A stretch of 58,253 nucleotides of DNA, taken from positions 1 through 58,253 of the forward strand of contig CBDBIJ010000135.1 in the NCBI GenBank assembly GCA_965205655.1, written 5' to 3'. This document shows, piece after piece, positions 40,896 to 49,044 of the stretch (within the stretch, counting starts at the first letter, position 1; every line of letters starts with the position of its first letter). The translations under genes were made by a program, and so were the position numbers. Source of the stretch: Candidatus Latescibacterota bacterium (GTDB lineage Bacteria; Latescibacterota; UBA2968; UBA8231). The notes under the pieces are model-generated. The model was not told the DNA's origin. It searched no databases and saw only the letters and a program-made list of their open reading frames with translations.

Positions 40896-40929
40896 CATAT
40901 GCAAAGGAACGGCATATGCAAAGGAATGG
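40896..40929. repeat. 17-bp tandem direct repeat upstream of pdxS
   Basis: CATATGCAAAGGAACGG followed by CATATGCAAAGGAATGG. Confidence 0.85.
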
Positions 40930-40970
40930 CCCCTCAGGTAGGAGGGCGCAAGGTGACGTTGGGCCTTTTC

Positions 40971-42449
40971 TCAGTCGAGCGCGTACTCGTCAGCGGGGGC
41001 AGCTTGCGATCCCCTGACGGTAGCCCAGAGCTCGCGGCAGAGTTGAGCCGCGAAAAGGCGCAGCGCCAGGGCGTAGCTGACGAGGACAGACAAGGCGGCG
41101 ACGAGCGCGACGGCGACAGGCTCCGGCGGCAGGAGCGGTTTCGCCAGCCAGAGAAGGCCGAACACGAAAGCGGCGACGAGCGCCGGTCTGACGAGGGCGG
41201 CGAGGTAGGAGGAAAATCGAAGCTGAATGAGCCTGTTCGTCAGATGTTGCGAGATGACGAGGAACAGAAGTGCGGTGGCGGCAATCACAGCGGCAACGCC
41301 GTCGACTCCCCGCGAGACGCCCCACATGAGCGCGGGGACGAGGACGACGAGGCTGAACAGGGACCAGTAGAGAGACCAGTTGGCCCGACCCTTCGCCAGG
41401 AACATGGACCCCACCGCCGTTCCCACCGCCTTCAGCAGGGTCGCCAGGACGAGCAGTCGCAGCGTTGTCTGGGCCGGTGCCATGTCTATCTCCTTCACGT
41501 GCCGGACCAACGAGATGACCTCGGGGGTGAAGACGAAAAGGCCGCCCAGCAGAGGCCAACCGAACAGAGCGATGGACTGCACCGTCCGAAGATAGCCGCT
41601 GCGCAGACGCGCATCGTCTTCCTGTATGGTGGCGAAGGTGGGAAAGAAGACACGGGTGACGACCGTCGACATGCGCGTGAGCGGCAGGAGGGTGAGCCGG
41701 TAGGCAAAGTTGAAGTAGCCATTGGCAGTGGCACCGAGGACGGGAAAGATGATAAAGCGCGGCATGTTGCTGTTGATGTAGTTGACGCAACGCGAACCCG
41801 TGAAGTGCAATCCGAAGCCGATAATCTCCCGCAAGTCGCCGGCGCTGAAGACGAGCCGCGGCAACCAGGCCGATGAAAACCACAGGCCAAGGAACAGCGC
41901 GATCTCGCGGGCGACGGCGCTGATGACCGGGCTCATGATGCCTCGGGACGGTAACAGAGCGATGGCGACGGCGGCGTAGACGACGATGCCGGCGACCTCC
42001 GACACGGCCATAGCCCGAAAGCGGAGGTCGCGCTGCAGTCGGGCGCGGAAAACTCCGGAGACGGCTGCAAACGGCACGAGCAGTATCAGGGTTTCCAGAA
42101 TCGCGGAGAATTGCTCGACGTTGTCGGGCGCCAGGTAGCGAGCTGACATCGGCGAAGCGAACGTGACAGCGAGGGCGATGCCGACTCCAACGATGAGGCA
42201 AGTCCAAAAGGCGGTGGAGAAATGGCGGTCTGTGGCTTGACGGTTCTGTACCAAGGCCTCGCCGAGCCCGAGGCTGGCGAGGAGGGCGAGAAGCATGACG
42301 ATAACGAGAGCCCATTCGAAATTCCCCATCTGATCCGTCGGCAGCCAGGTGTAAAACAGGAGGCCGATGAAGATCTGGATGAAGAACGGGCTGCCGGTCC
42401 AGAAGACACCGCGGATGACGCAGGTGGAGAGATTCGGTGCGGCTGGCAC
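40971..42449 (-). CDS. Wzx/PST-family polysaccharide flippase
   Basis: GLGEALVQ, STAFW, LQRDLRFR, GYFNFAYRL, VFFPTFA; many TM segments. Confidence 0.9.
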   Translation of the reverse strand: MPAAPNLSTCVIRGVFWTGSPFFIQIFIGLLFYTWLPTDQMGNFEWALVIVMLLALLASLGLGEALVQNRQATDRHFSTAFWTCLIVGVGIALAVTFASPMSARYLAPDNVEQFSAILETLILLVPFAAVSGVFRARLQRDLRFRAMAVSEVAGIVVYAAVAIALLPSRGIMSPVISAVAREIALFLGLWFSSAWLPRLVFSAGDLREIIGFGLHFTGSRCVNYINSNMPRFIIFPVLGATANGYFNFAYRLTLLPLTRMSTVVTRVFFPTFATIQEDDARLRSGYLRTVQSIALFGWPLLGGLFVFTPEVISLVRHVKEIDMAPAQTTLRLLVLATLLKAVGTAVGSMFLAKGRANWSLYWSLFSLVVLVPALMWGVSRGVDGVAAVIAATALLFLVISQHLTNRLIQLRFSSYLAALVRPALVAAFVFGLLWLAKPLLPPEPVAVALVAALSVLVSYALALRLFAAQLCRELWATVRGSQAAPADEYALD

Positions 42450-42463
42450 CTAAACGAGGTCTA

Positions 42464-43312
42464 TCACAAATCGGGCAAGCAGGAACGCACGAACTCGAGG
42501 TTGCGAAGGCTGTTCGCCTCTTTGGGAGCCAGCCCCGAGGTGTCGATCGATGTCGCCGTCCCGTCGTCTAGGCGCGCGAATTCGTCCACCGAGATGCCCG
42601 TATGGGTCTCGACGATGACGAAGCCTTCAAAGCCATCGGCGTGCAGTGCCTGGAGCTGGCCCTTCCAGTCGACCGCCCCGGTTTCGAGAAGAGTCCAACC
42701 GCTCTCTGCGTCGTAGTTCTTCATGTGCACGCGGTCGACGAGCTGCCTGACCTGGCGGTACTCATCCGGAAAGGGGGTAGCTCCCGAACGGGCGGAGTTG
42801 CCGGGATCGTAGCACAACCGGACTCCGTCATCGTCCACCTGGCGCAGAATGTCGACTGCCTCGACTCCGGTGTTGCCCCAGCAGCTCGCCTCGTTCTCGA
42901 GGGTGAGCCGGCAACCGCTGGCGGCGACGATGCGAGCCATCTCGGACATTCGCTCAACGACTTCGCCGGGTACGGCGCCGTCGCCGTCGCGCTTGAAGGC
43001 AAAACTGGAAACCTGATCGGTGCCGAGCTCGAGAGCCCATTCGCAGGCCCGGGGGAGGGTGTCTGACAGGTCCTCGGGAACCATCGGGTCGTCGAGGGCG
43101 CACTTGAAGAAGCCGGGGGAGACGCCGCAGAGGGCGAGTCCGGCGTCGGCCAGCTGTTTCCCGAAGTCCCGTATCTCGGCGTCGGGCACCCGCGGGAAGC
43201 GGCCGCTGGCGAGTGAACGCAGCTCGACGTGACTCACACCCCACGCCCGAGCCAGTTCGAGGGCCCTGGTGACATCAAGGCTGATTTCGTCGGCAAAAAT
43301 CGAAATGTTCAT
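42464..43312 (-). CDS. Sugar phosphate isomerase/epimerase
   Basis: FADEIS, VELR, LENE, YDPGN, VHMK, VETH. Confidence 0.88.
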   Translation of the reverse strand: MNISIFADEISLDVTRALELARAWGVSHVELRSLASGRFPRVPDAEIRDFGKQLADAGLALCGVSPGFFKCALDDPMVPEDLSDTLPRACEWALELGTDQVSSFAFKRDGDGAVPGEVVERMSEMARIVAASGCRLTLENEASCWGNTGVEAVDILRQVDDDGVRLCYDPGNSARSGATPFPDEYRQVRQLVDRVHMKNYDAESGWTLLETGAVDWKGQLQALHADGFEGFVIVETHTGISVDEFARLDDGTATSIDTSGLAPKEANSLRNLEFVRSCLPDL

Positions 43313-43327
43313 GCAATGATATAAAGG

Positions 43328-43871
43328 TCAGCCGCGCCGAGCCGCAAGGATCCCTAGGACGATATCGAGATTTCGCCGTGCCTCCGCATATTCGGGTTCG
43401 AGGACCAGAGCGCGACAAACGGACCGGAGCAAGTAGATGCGCAACATCTCGCACTGATTCAACGCATATGTCTAGGCAGAGACTCCACGATCAAACCCTA
43501 TGGTGTCGCCGTGTGGCTTCAACCACACCGCCCTGATCAACACCAGCCAGGTGGCCGCCAGGCCAGCATACAGCCACGGCCGTCGCCGCAGGGCCCCACC
43601 GAAAGTGTGCGAGACGAAAGTGCGGTCACATCCAGACCACTCACGGCGTAGTTGAGAGCAAGGGTGAAGGCGCCAACCGGTCGATGAACCATGAGGCGCT
43701 GCGTCCAGGTCGGCGGCCATAACTGGCGAATAGACTCGTTCTCGACGATGTAGGACTGATCGTCGTAGATGAAGGGACCGCCGAGGCTGTTGGCGTATAC
43801 GGCGCAGCCGGCTGCGACGAGGATCCACGGAGAAAGACGATCGTGAAAGGGGAATGCGGTTTTGCGGTCAT
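43328..43871 (-). pseudogene. Collapsed remnant of a TMTC-like membrane glycosyltransferase/TPR protein
   Basis: Fragments in different frames: YANSLGGPFIYDD...RPVGAFTLALNY; LYAGLAATW...GVSA*TYALNQ; RALVLEPEYAEARRNL. Confidence 0.7.
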
Positions 43872-43881
43872 GTCATGCAGG

Positions 43882-43912
43882 AAAAAACAGAGCCCTCGAG
43901 TTGGGGCTCTGT
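43882..43912 (-). terminator. Rho-independent terminator downstream of tRNA-Glu
   Basis: Minus strand ACAGAGCCC-loop-GGGCTCTGT running into a T tract. Confidence 0.8.
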
Positions 43913-43951
43913 CGCTTCAACTCAGTACCTACCACCGTTGCAGTTTCAAAA

Positions 43952-44026
43952 TGGTGCTCCCACGGAGAGTCGAACTCCGGTTACAGGAATGAAAATCCTG
44001 TGTCCTGACCGCTAGACGATGGGAGC
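43952..44026 (-). tRNA. tRNA-Glu (anticodon TTC), CCA encoded
   Basis: GCTCCCA/TGGGAGC acceptor stem, CAGGA-TTTTCAT-TCCTG anticodon arm, GTTCGAC T-loop, ACCA end. Confidence 0.97.
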
Positions 44027-44075
44027 AAAGCTGTTTTTCAGGGGGAAGAGCCCGATTTGTCTCACGCGGAGTGAG

Positions 44076-44104
44076 AATATAGAAGCCGTCGGCGACAGTG
44101 GCAA
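44076..44104 (-). promoter_or_regulatory. Sigma70 promoter for tRNA-Glu
   Basis: TTGCCA-N17-TATATT on the minus strand, ~50 bp upstream of the tRNA. Confidence 0.65.
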
Positions 44105-44135
44105 GAAATCGTAACCGGGAACGTCGGATTGTCGC

Positions 44136-44972
44136 TTATCTCGATTCGAAGTCGCCGATTGAATGTAGGAACCGCGCACTTTCGCGTGCAGCTACCTCGG
44201 CGCCGCCAAGGCCGGCGGACGCCTGGTGGATGGTGACGTAGGCGTCATAGCCGATCCGCTGCAGCGCCGCCATGATAGCCGGGAAGTCGATGCCCCCCTC
44301 TTCCCATACGGGGATCTCGAAAAAGGACACTTCGCCCCGGCACCAGGTGGTCATGCTGCTGTCGCCCTCGGCACCGAGTCGCTGATTCTGGAAGTAGACG
44401 TTGAAGATGTGAGGCGCGAAGCGCTCTATCGTGTCCGCGCCGTACTCCTGGCCGCAGACCTCGAGATTGGCCGGCTCGTAGGTGAGCCCGAAGTTCGACC
44501 TGCCGACGCGCTCGATGATCTCGAGGCTCACGTCGACTTCCTCGAACAGGCTGCTATTGTGACACTGATGAGCGAGCTTCATGTTGCGCTCTCCAGCTTC
44601 GTCCGCCGCTCGCTGCGCGAACTCGATGTCCTCTTCCGTTTTCATGGCGATTCGCAGCAGGTCGACGCCGAGAGTCGCGGCCAGATCGAGATACGGGGTG
44701 ATGTTCCTGAGCGCGTCCGGACCGTCGTCCGTGTTCTGGGGAATAGGGAAGTCGCCGGTTACCATGGAGACGGCCAGGCCACGCTCGCGCAAGAGTCTCA
44801 CGGCGGCGGTCGTCTCATCGGCGGACGAGTGGACGCCGATCTGGGAGGCGCGCATGCACAGGGCGTGGTAGCCATGCTCCGCGGCGACGGTGGCGAGTTC
44901 GTCGAGGGACATGGAGGTTTCGCGCTTGTTCCAGAAGGACTCGGCGACGCGCACGGATAGGGAGAGTTTCAT
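44136..44972 (-). CDS. Sugar phosphate isomerase/epimerase
   Basis: MKLSLSVR start overlaps upstream stop (ATGA); YEPANL, GGIDF...LQRIGYDAYVTIH. Confidence 0.85.
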   Translation of the reverse strand: MKLSLSVRVAESFWNKRETSMSLDELATVAAEHGYHALCMRASQIGVHSSADETTAAVRLLRERGLAVSMVTGDFPIPQNTDDGPDALRNITPYLDLAATLGVDLLRIAMKTEEDIEFAQRAADEAGERNMKLAHQCHNSSLFEEVDVSLEIIERVGRSNFGLTYEPANLEVCGQEYGADTIERFAPHIFNVYFQNQRLGAEGDSSMTTWCRGEVSFFEIPVWEEGGIDFPAIMAALQRIGYDAYVTIHQASAGLGGAEVAARESARFLHSIGDFESR

Positions 44973-45976
44973 ACGAACCTGCGCAATTTCTCCTGTAGCT
45001 TCGGGTTGTCGAGGACTTCGCGGTTTACGACGTAGGCCGGCGTGCCGCCAGACGCTACGGCAAGAGCACTGGCGATGGCGCTTTGTCCTATGTCGTATGA
45101 GCATTGATCGGTCAAGCACAGGCAGTGAGGTGAAACGATGGTGTTGTCCAACCTCAGCAGTGGATCGCCGGGATCGACCGGCTCCTCTTCGAAAACGTCG
45201 AGTCCAGCGCCCCTGATCCTGCCGGCACGCAGTGCCTCTGTCAGAGCTCGTTGATCGACGATGGGACCGCGCGCCACATTGATGAAAAAGCTTCCATCCT
45301 TCATCAAGGCCAATTTGGACGCATCGAGAAGATTGCGAGTCTCTGGAGTGAGAGCGCAGCTGACGCACACGAAGTCGGATGTGCGGAGCAGCTCGTCCAG
45401 ATCCACCAACTCGACGCCTGCAGCAGACGCCATGTCTGCAGAGACGTATGGATCGTAGGCGCGGAACCGCATGTCAAAAGGAGTCGCCAGTTTGACGATC
45501 TCAGTCCCGATGTTGCCCAGGCCGACGAGCCCGAGTACTCGATCGACGAGTCCCACACCAGCTGTTTCGAACTTCTCGGACCAGCGCCCAGCACGCGTGA
45601 GCCGGTCGAAATGCAGCAGATTGTGACTGAGAGCCAGAATGAATGTCACGGCGGACGAAGCCACAGGTCGGCGCACGGCATCCGGTGTGATCGACAGCAT
45701 TACACCACTCTCCGTACAGGCTTCCACGTCGATGCGGTCATAACCCACCCCGAATCTGGATATGACGGCGAGCCGGTCTACGCCGTTCAGCGTGGCACGA
45801 GTAACATTCGGCCCACCGAGCAGGAGTGCGTCCAGGGAGTCGATCTGGTCGGCTCGCAGTTCCTCGGTGTCTTCGTCCAGGTATTTCCAGGACACGCCTG
45901 ACGCCTCGTCGAGAGTGTCCAAACCCTGAGCGGACCTCAGGTCGATGACGTCTCTCGAAATCCCAATGTTGAACAT
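44969..45976 (-). CDS. D-isomer-specific 2-hydroxyacid (phosphoglycerate-DH-like) dehydrogenase
   Basis: RFGVGYDRID, GLVGLGNIG, INVARG, GLDVFEEEP, SPH. Confidence 0.93.
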   Translation of the reverse strand: MFNIGISRDVIDLRSAQGLDTLDEASGVSWKYLDEDTEELRADQIDSLDALLLGGPNVTRATLNGVDRLAVISRFGVGYDRIDVEACTESGVMLSITPDAVRRPVASSAVTFILALSHNLLHFDRLTRAGRWSEKFETAGVGLVDRVLGLVGLGNIGTEIVKLATPFDMRFRAYDPYVSADMASAAGVELVDLDELLRTSDFVCVSCALTPETRNLLDASKLALMKDGSFFINVARGPIVDQRALTEALRAGRIRGAGLDVFEEEPVDPGDPLLRLDNTIVSPHCLCLTDQCSYDIGQSAIASALAVASGGTPAYVVNREVLDNPKLQEKLRRFV

Positions 45977-46104
45977 TCTCCGCTAGCCTCCGCTGCTGGT
46001 TCGACCTGCGTCAGGGCCCTTGCAAGTCGAAGAGAAATTCCTCACGCTCATGGGTTATCGGCGGTTATCGGCGCGCCAAGAAAGCCGTGAGGAGGTCGGT
46101 GGTC

Positions 46105-46354
46105 ATGAACCTCGAATTGATAGTTCCTCTCAGTTTTACGATGAGCTTGGTGGCCTTTTTCCTGGCAGCCAAATGGTACGCCATTCCCTGGATCGCCGCA
46201 GTCTCAAAGAAACAGGCACTCACACCGCTGTTGCTGTTCCACAGCTTTCGACACATCGGCCTCGCCTTTCTGCTCCCCGGCGTGACTGCCGAAGCTCTGG
46301 ATCCCGGCTTCGCCAACCCTGCAGCCTACGGTGACCTGATCGCGGCGGGCCTAG
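46105..46354 (+). pseudogene. 5' fragment of a membrane protein gene truncated at an IS junction
   Basis: GAGGAGG RBS; hydrophobic ...LLLFHSFRHIGLAFLLPGV...PAAYGDLIAAGL ends at the CTAG target. Confidence 0.75.
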
Positions 46355-47772
46355 CAGCCCGTGGCTAAAGCCCCGTTTGGGAAGATTTGGGGTGGCCTGA
46401 GATTCGTGGTGCGAGTTGCCGCCAATGGCGACGAAAATCGAGCAGTGCCCGAGAGTTGAACCACGGGCGGCGACAAAGCGCGCCAAGGCGCGAAAACCTG
46501 AGTGATGAGAGACGAAATGAGGGAAAACGCCTTCCTCATACCCCTCGGAGTGCCCGCACCGAAGAGGGTGCGCATGAGGAGGCCGAAATTGCAGCCGCAC
46601 ACGTGAATGACGAGGCGTTTGAGGATGTTTTGTCGGCCCCGAAGAAACAGCCGTCGCATACCGCCGGTTTCGAACAGATGAGCATACGGGCGTTCGAGCA
46701 GCTCGCCGCGCTTACGCCGCAGCGCCTGCCCGCGGTTGCCGCGAATGCGTCGGCGATTGGCATACACCGCCTGTTGTGCTTCCGCTTTGTCCTTCCAATC
46801 TCGACGCCCGCGATCCGGTTCGGAAATGTAGCTGCGAATGGCACTGGCTTTGAGATCGACCAGCACCTCGTTGCTGTGATACCCCTTGTCGGTGACGACT
46901 TCCGACAACGGTTTGGGATGCAGATGCTTCCTGGCCTCGGGATCCTGCGACACGGCCTCCACGTTCAATTCGGTTCGCACCAGCATCCACGGCAGCGATT
47001 CGGTGTCGCCTTCATCGGCACTCGGCAGACTCACGGCGACGATCGCCTGGGTGTCCATGTCCACCGCCGTCTCCACCTTGTGCGCCAGATGGGTGCGACG
47101 ATCCTTCGTCTTGGTAATGCGGGCATCCGGATCGTGCGGGTGTTCCCAGTCCTTATTGGACGCTTTCTTCGGGCGCTTCTTGTCGATTCTGGCCAGATCC
47201 TCTCGCGTTGGCGTCTCGATGCCCGAGGCCTTGGCCAACTTCGTGAGAAACTCCTCGTAACTTTCGCCCGTGTCCCGGCGCACGATGCTGCGCATGGCGG
47301 CGTTGGCATCCAGCGTCGTGGCGTCGACGCCCAGCGTCTTCCCCTTCAGCAGGTTCGATGTGGCCAGCACCTTCAACACCCACTCGAAGACCTCATGATG
47401 CGTCTGGAAGTCGATCAGCCGGCGCGTGCGAGACACCGTCGAATGATCGGGCGTAGCCTTGTCGAGCTCGTAGCCGAGGAATGCCCGCAACGACAGCGAA
47501 TCGGCGACGCGCCAGGCGATCTCACGCTCCGAGTCGATGCCCTCGAAATAGCCGATCATGAGCAGGCGGAAATAGACCCCGGGCGGGATGCCGGGCCGAC
47601 CGGCGCCCTCGGCGTAAAACGTCGTGCACCGCTCTTCCACAAACTCGTCGAATCCGTGCTTGTCCAGCACCTCATTCAATCTCTTGTAAAAAGGATGTCC
47701 CGGAGCCCTCAGGTGCTGCGTCGCCACCCACAGCTGAGCTTGGCTCGCGCGCTTCCGTTTTCCCAACGCCAT
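46351..47772 (-). CDS. IS1182/IS5-like DDE transposase (DUF772 + DDE)
   Basis: GRPGIPP..YFRLLMIGYFEGIDSERE, PDHSTVSR, GVDAT, DPDARI, VTDKGY, LLERP; stop codon lies in the target CTAG. Confidence 0.9.
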   Translation of the reverse strand: MALGKRKRASQAQLWVATQHLRAPGHPFYKRLNEVLDKHGFDEFVEERCTTFYAEGAGRPGIPPGVYFRLLMIGYFEGIDSEREIAWRVADSLSLRAFLGYELDKATPDHSTVSRTRRLIDFQTHHEVFEWVLKVLATSNLLKGKTLGVDATTLDANAAMRSIVRRDTGESYEEFLTKLAKASGIETPTREDLARIDKKRPKKASNKDWEHPHDPDARITKTKDRRTHLAHKVETAVDMDTQAIVAVSLPSADEGDTESLPWMLVRTELNVEAVSQDPEARKHLHPKPLSEVVTDKGYHSNEVLVDLKASAIRSYISEPDRGRRDWKDKAEAQQAVYANRRRIRGNRGQALRRKRGELLERPYAHLFETGGMRRLFLRGRQNILKRLVIHVCGCNFGLLMRTLFGAGTPRGMRKAFSLISSLITQVFAPWRALSPPVVQLSGTARFSSPLAATRTTNLRPPQIFPNGALATGC

Positions 47773-47864
47773 GACAGCATCTCCCCTGCAAGGTTGATGC
47801 TCAAAGGTAAGGAGAGGCTCCTCATCCGCGCCGCAAGAAAATCACCGACTTTCACCACAGGCGT
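46355..47864 (-). mobile_element. IS1182/IS5-like element flanked by CTAG duplication
   Basis: CTAG at 46351-54 and 47865-68; imperfect IRs CAGCCCGTGGCTAAAG / ACGCCTGTGGTGAAAG. Confidence 0.85.
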
Positions 47865-47867
47865 CTA

Positions 47868-49044
47868 GTGCTCTGTTAAAGAGTCGGCATTGAGTTTTGG
47901 ACTTTGGTCAGCTTGGAGTTGTCCGTGTTCTTGTTTCGCCATCTCAGGTACTCCTGGATGCGCTGGCGGACTTCTCGATGATCGTTGGGATCGCTGTTTT
48001 TGATGACGAAATAATGGGCTGCCGTGAGGTGACATTCGAGCCGATTCATCCATGACGCGTTGGTGGCGGTGAAGACCGGCGAGACCTGGTTTCGTCTGCA
48101 CCACTGCAGGATCGGCGGTGTCTTGTGCGTCGACAGATTGTCCATGACGACGTAGATCCGTTTCGCCTTGGGATAGCGCAGCCGAATGGCCTTGAGAAAA
48201 TCGAGTACGACCGATGCGTGCTTCTTTGGTTTGTGATGCATCCACAGGATGTCCTCATGGACGTTATAGGCTCCGAAGAAATAGCTGACGCCGCCGTGGC
48301 GGCTGTAGGTTGCCCGATGCCGGACCGGGCGCTTCTGCGGGGCCCAGGAAGCGCCGGCATGCGGCTTGATCTGGACCGGTCCCAGTTCGGCGAAGCAGAC
48401 TACGACCGTGCCTTTCGGCGCCCGCTTGTAGAGTCGGTTGATGCGTTTTTTTTAGAGGCAAACTCCGGGTCCTTGGATTCCTTCCAGGTGCGCGTCCGTT
48501 GATAGGTCACCTTATGCTGATCCAGGATTTTCCCGATGGTCACATGCGAGACCTCAGGAATCATCTGCCGTCCCACCAGGCAGTCGGTCAGCTTGCGCAA
48601 CGACCACTGATTGAACGGCTGACCGAACGCACGGGGAGGCATCTTGGCGATTTCCACCACCACGGATTCGTCTTCCGGCGTCAATTTCGAAGGACGCCCC
48701 GGACGTGCCCGCGTGCGCAACGCCGTCAATCCCCCTTCGTTGTATTGGCGAATCAACTGGCGAACGTACTCCTCGTGCAGATGCAGCGTATCCGAAATCT
48801 CTTGGACCCGCATTCCCTGGACGCTGAACGAGATCAACTGCCCACGGCGCATCTGCACGGCGCTGCGAGGCCGCTTCAGCCATCGCACCAGTTCCTTCGA
48901 CTCCGCCACGTTCGGTGAACGAGCATGAAGACACATAGCTTGACCCTCCTGAAGAATTCGCCATATATCTCCATGATACCACGACTTACGACAAAGTACA
49001 GCGTCAGCTCCACGCCCATCCCTTTGGGTTTCTTAACGGAGCAC
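47868..49044 (-). mobile_element. IS630-family element flanked by TA
   Basis: IRs GTGCTCTGTTAA / TTAACGGAGCAC, each within a CTAG context. Confidence 0.9.
47876..48936 (-). CDS. IS630-family transposase, two ORFs joined by -1 shift at an A8 run (48446-53)
   Basis: HTH region (GRPSKL, WSLRKL, TWKESKDPEF); shifted frame VVCFAE...VMDNLSTH...SWMNRLE. Confidence 0.9.

Noticed and set aside
9040..43474. Amber (TAG) recoding suggested by in-frame TAGs at 11689, 9091 and 43472
   Set aside because: All three lie in genes broken by other lesions. Intact genes such as acnA and the isochorismatase end normally at TAG, and no pyl genes or suppressor tRNA are seen.
43872..44026. Integrative element att duplication of the tRNA-Glu 3' end
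   Set aside because: I saw no second copy of the tRNA 3' end and no integrase in the window (checked by eye only).
46387..47868. 493-aa plus-strand ORF spanning the IS1182-like element
   Set aside because: Antisense shadow of a high-GC transposase; no recognisable motifs.
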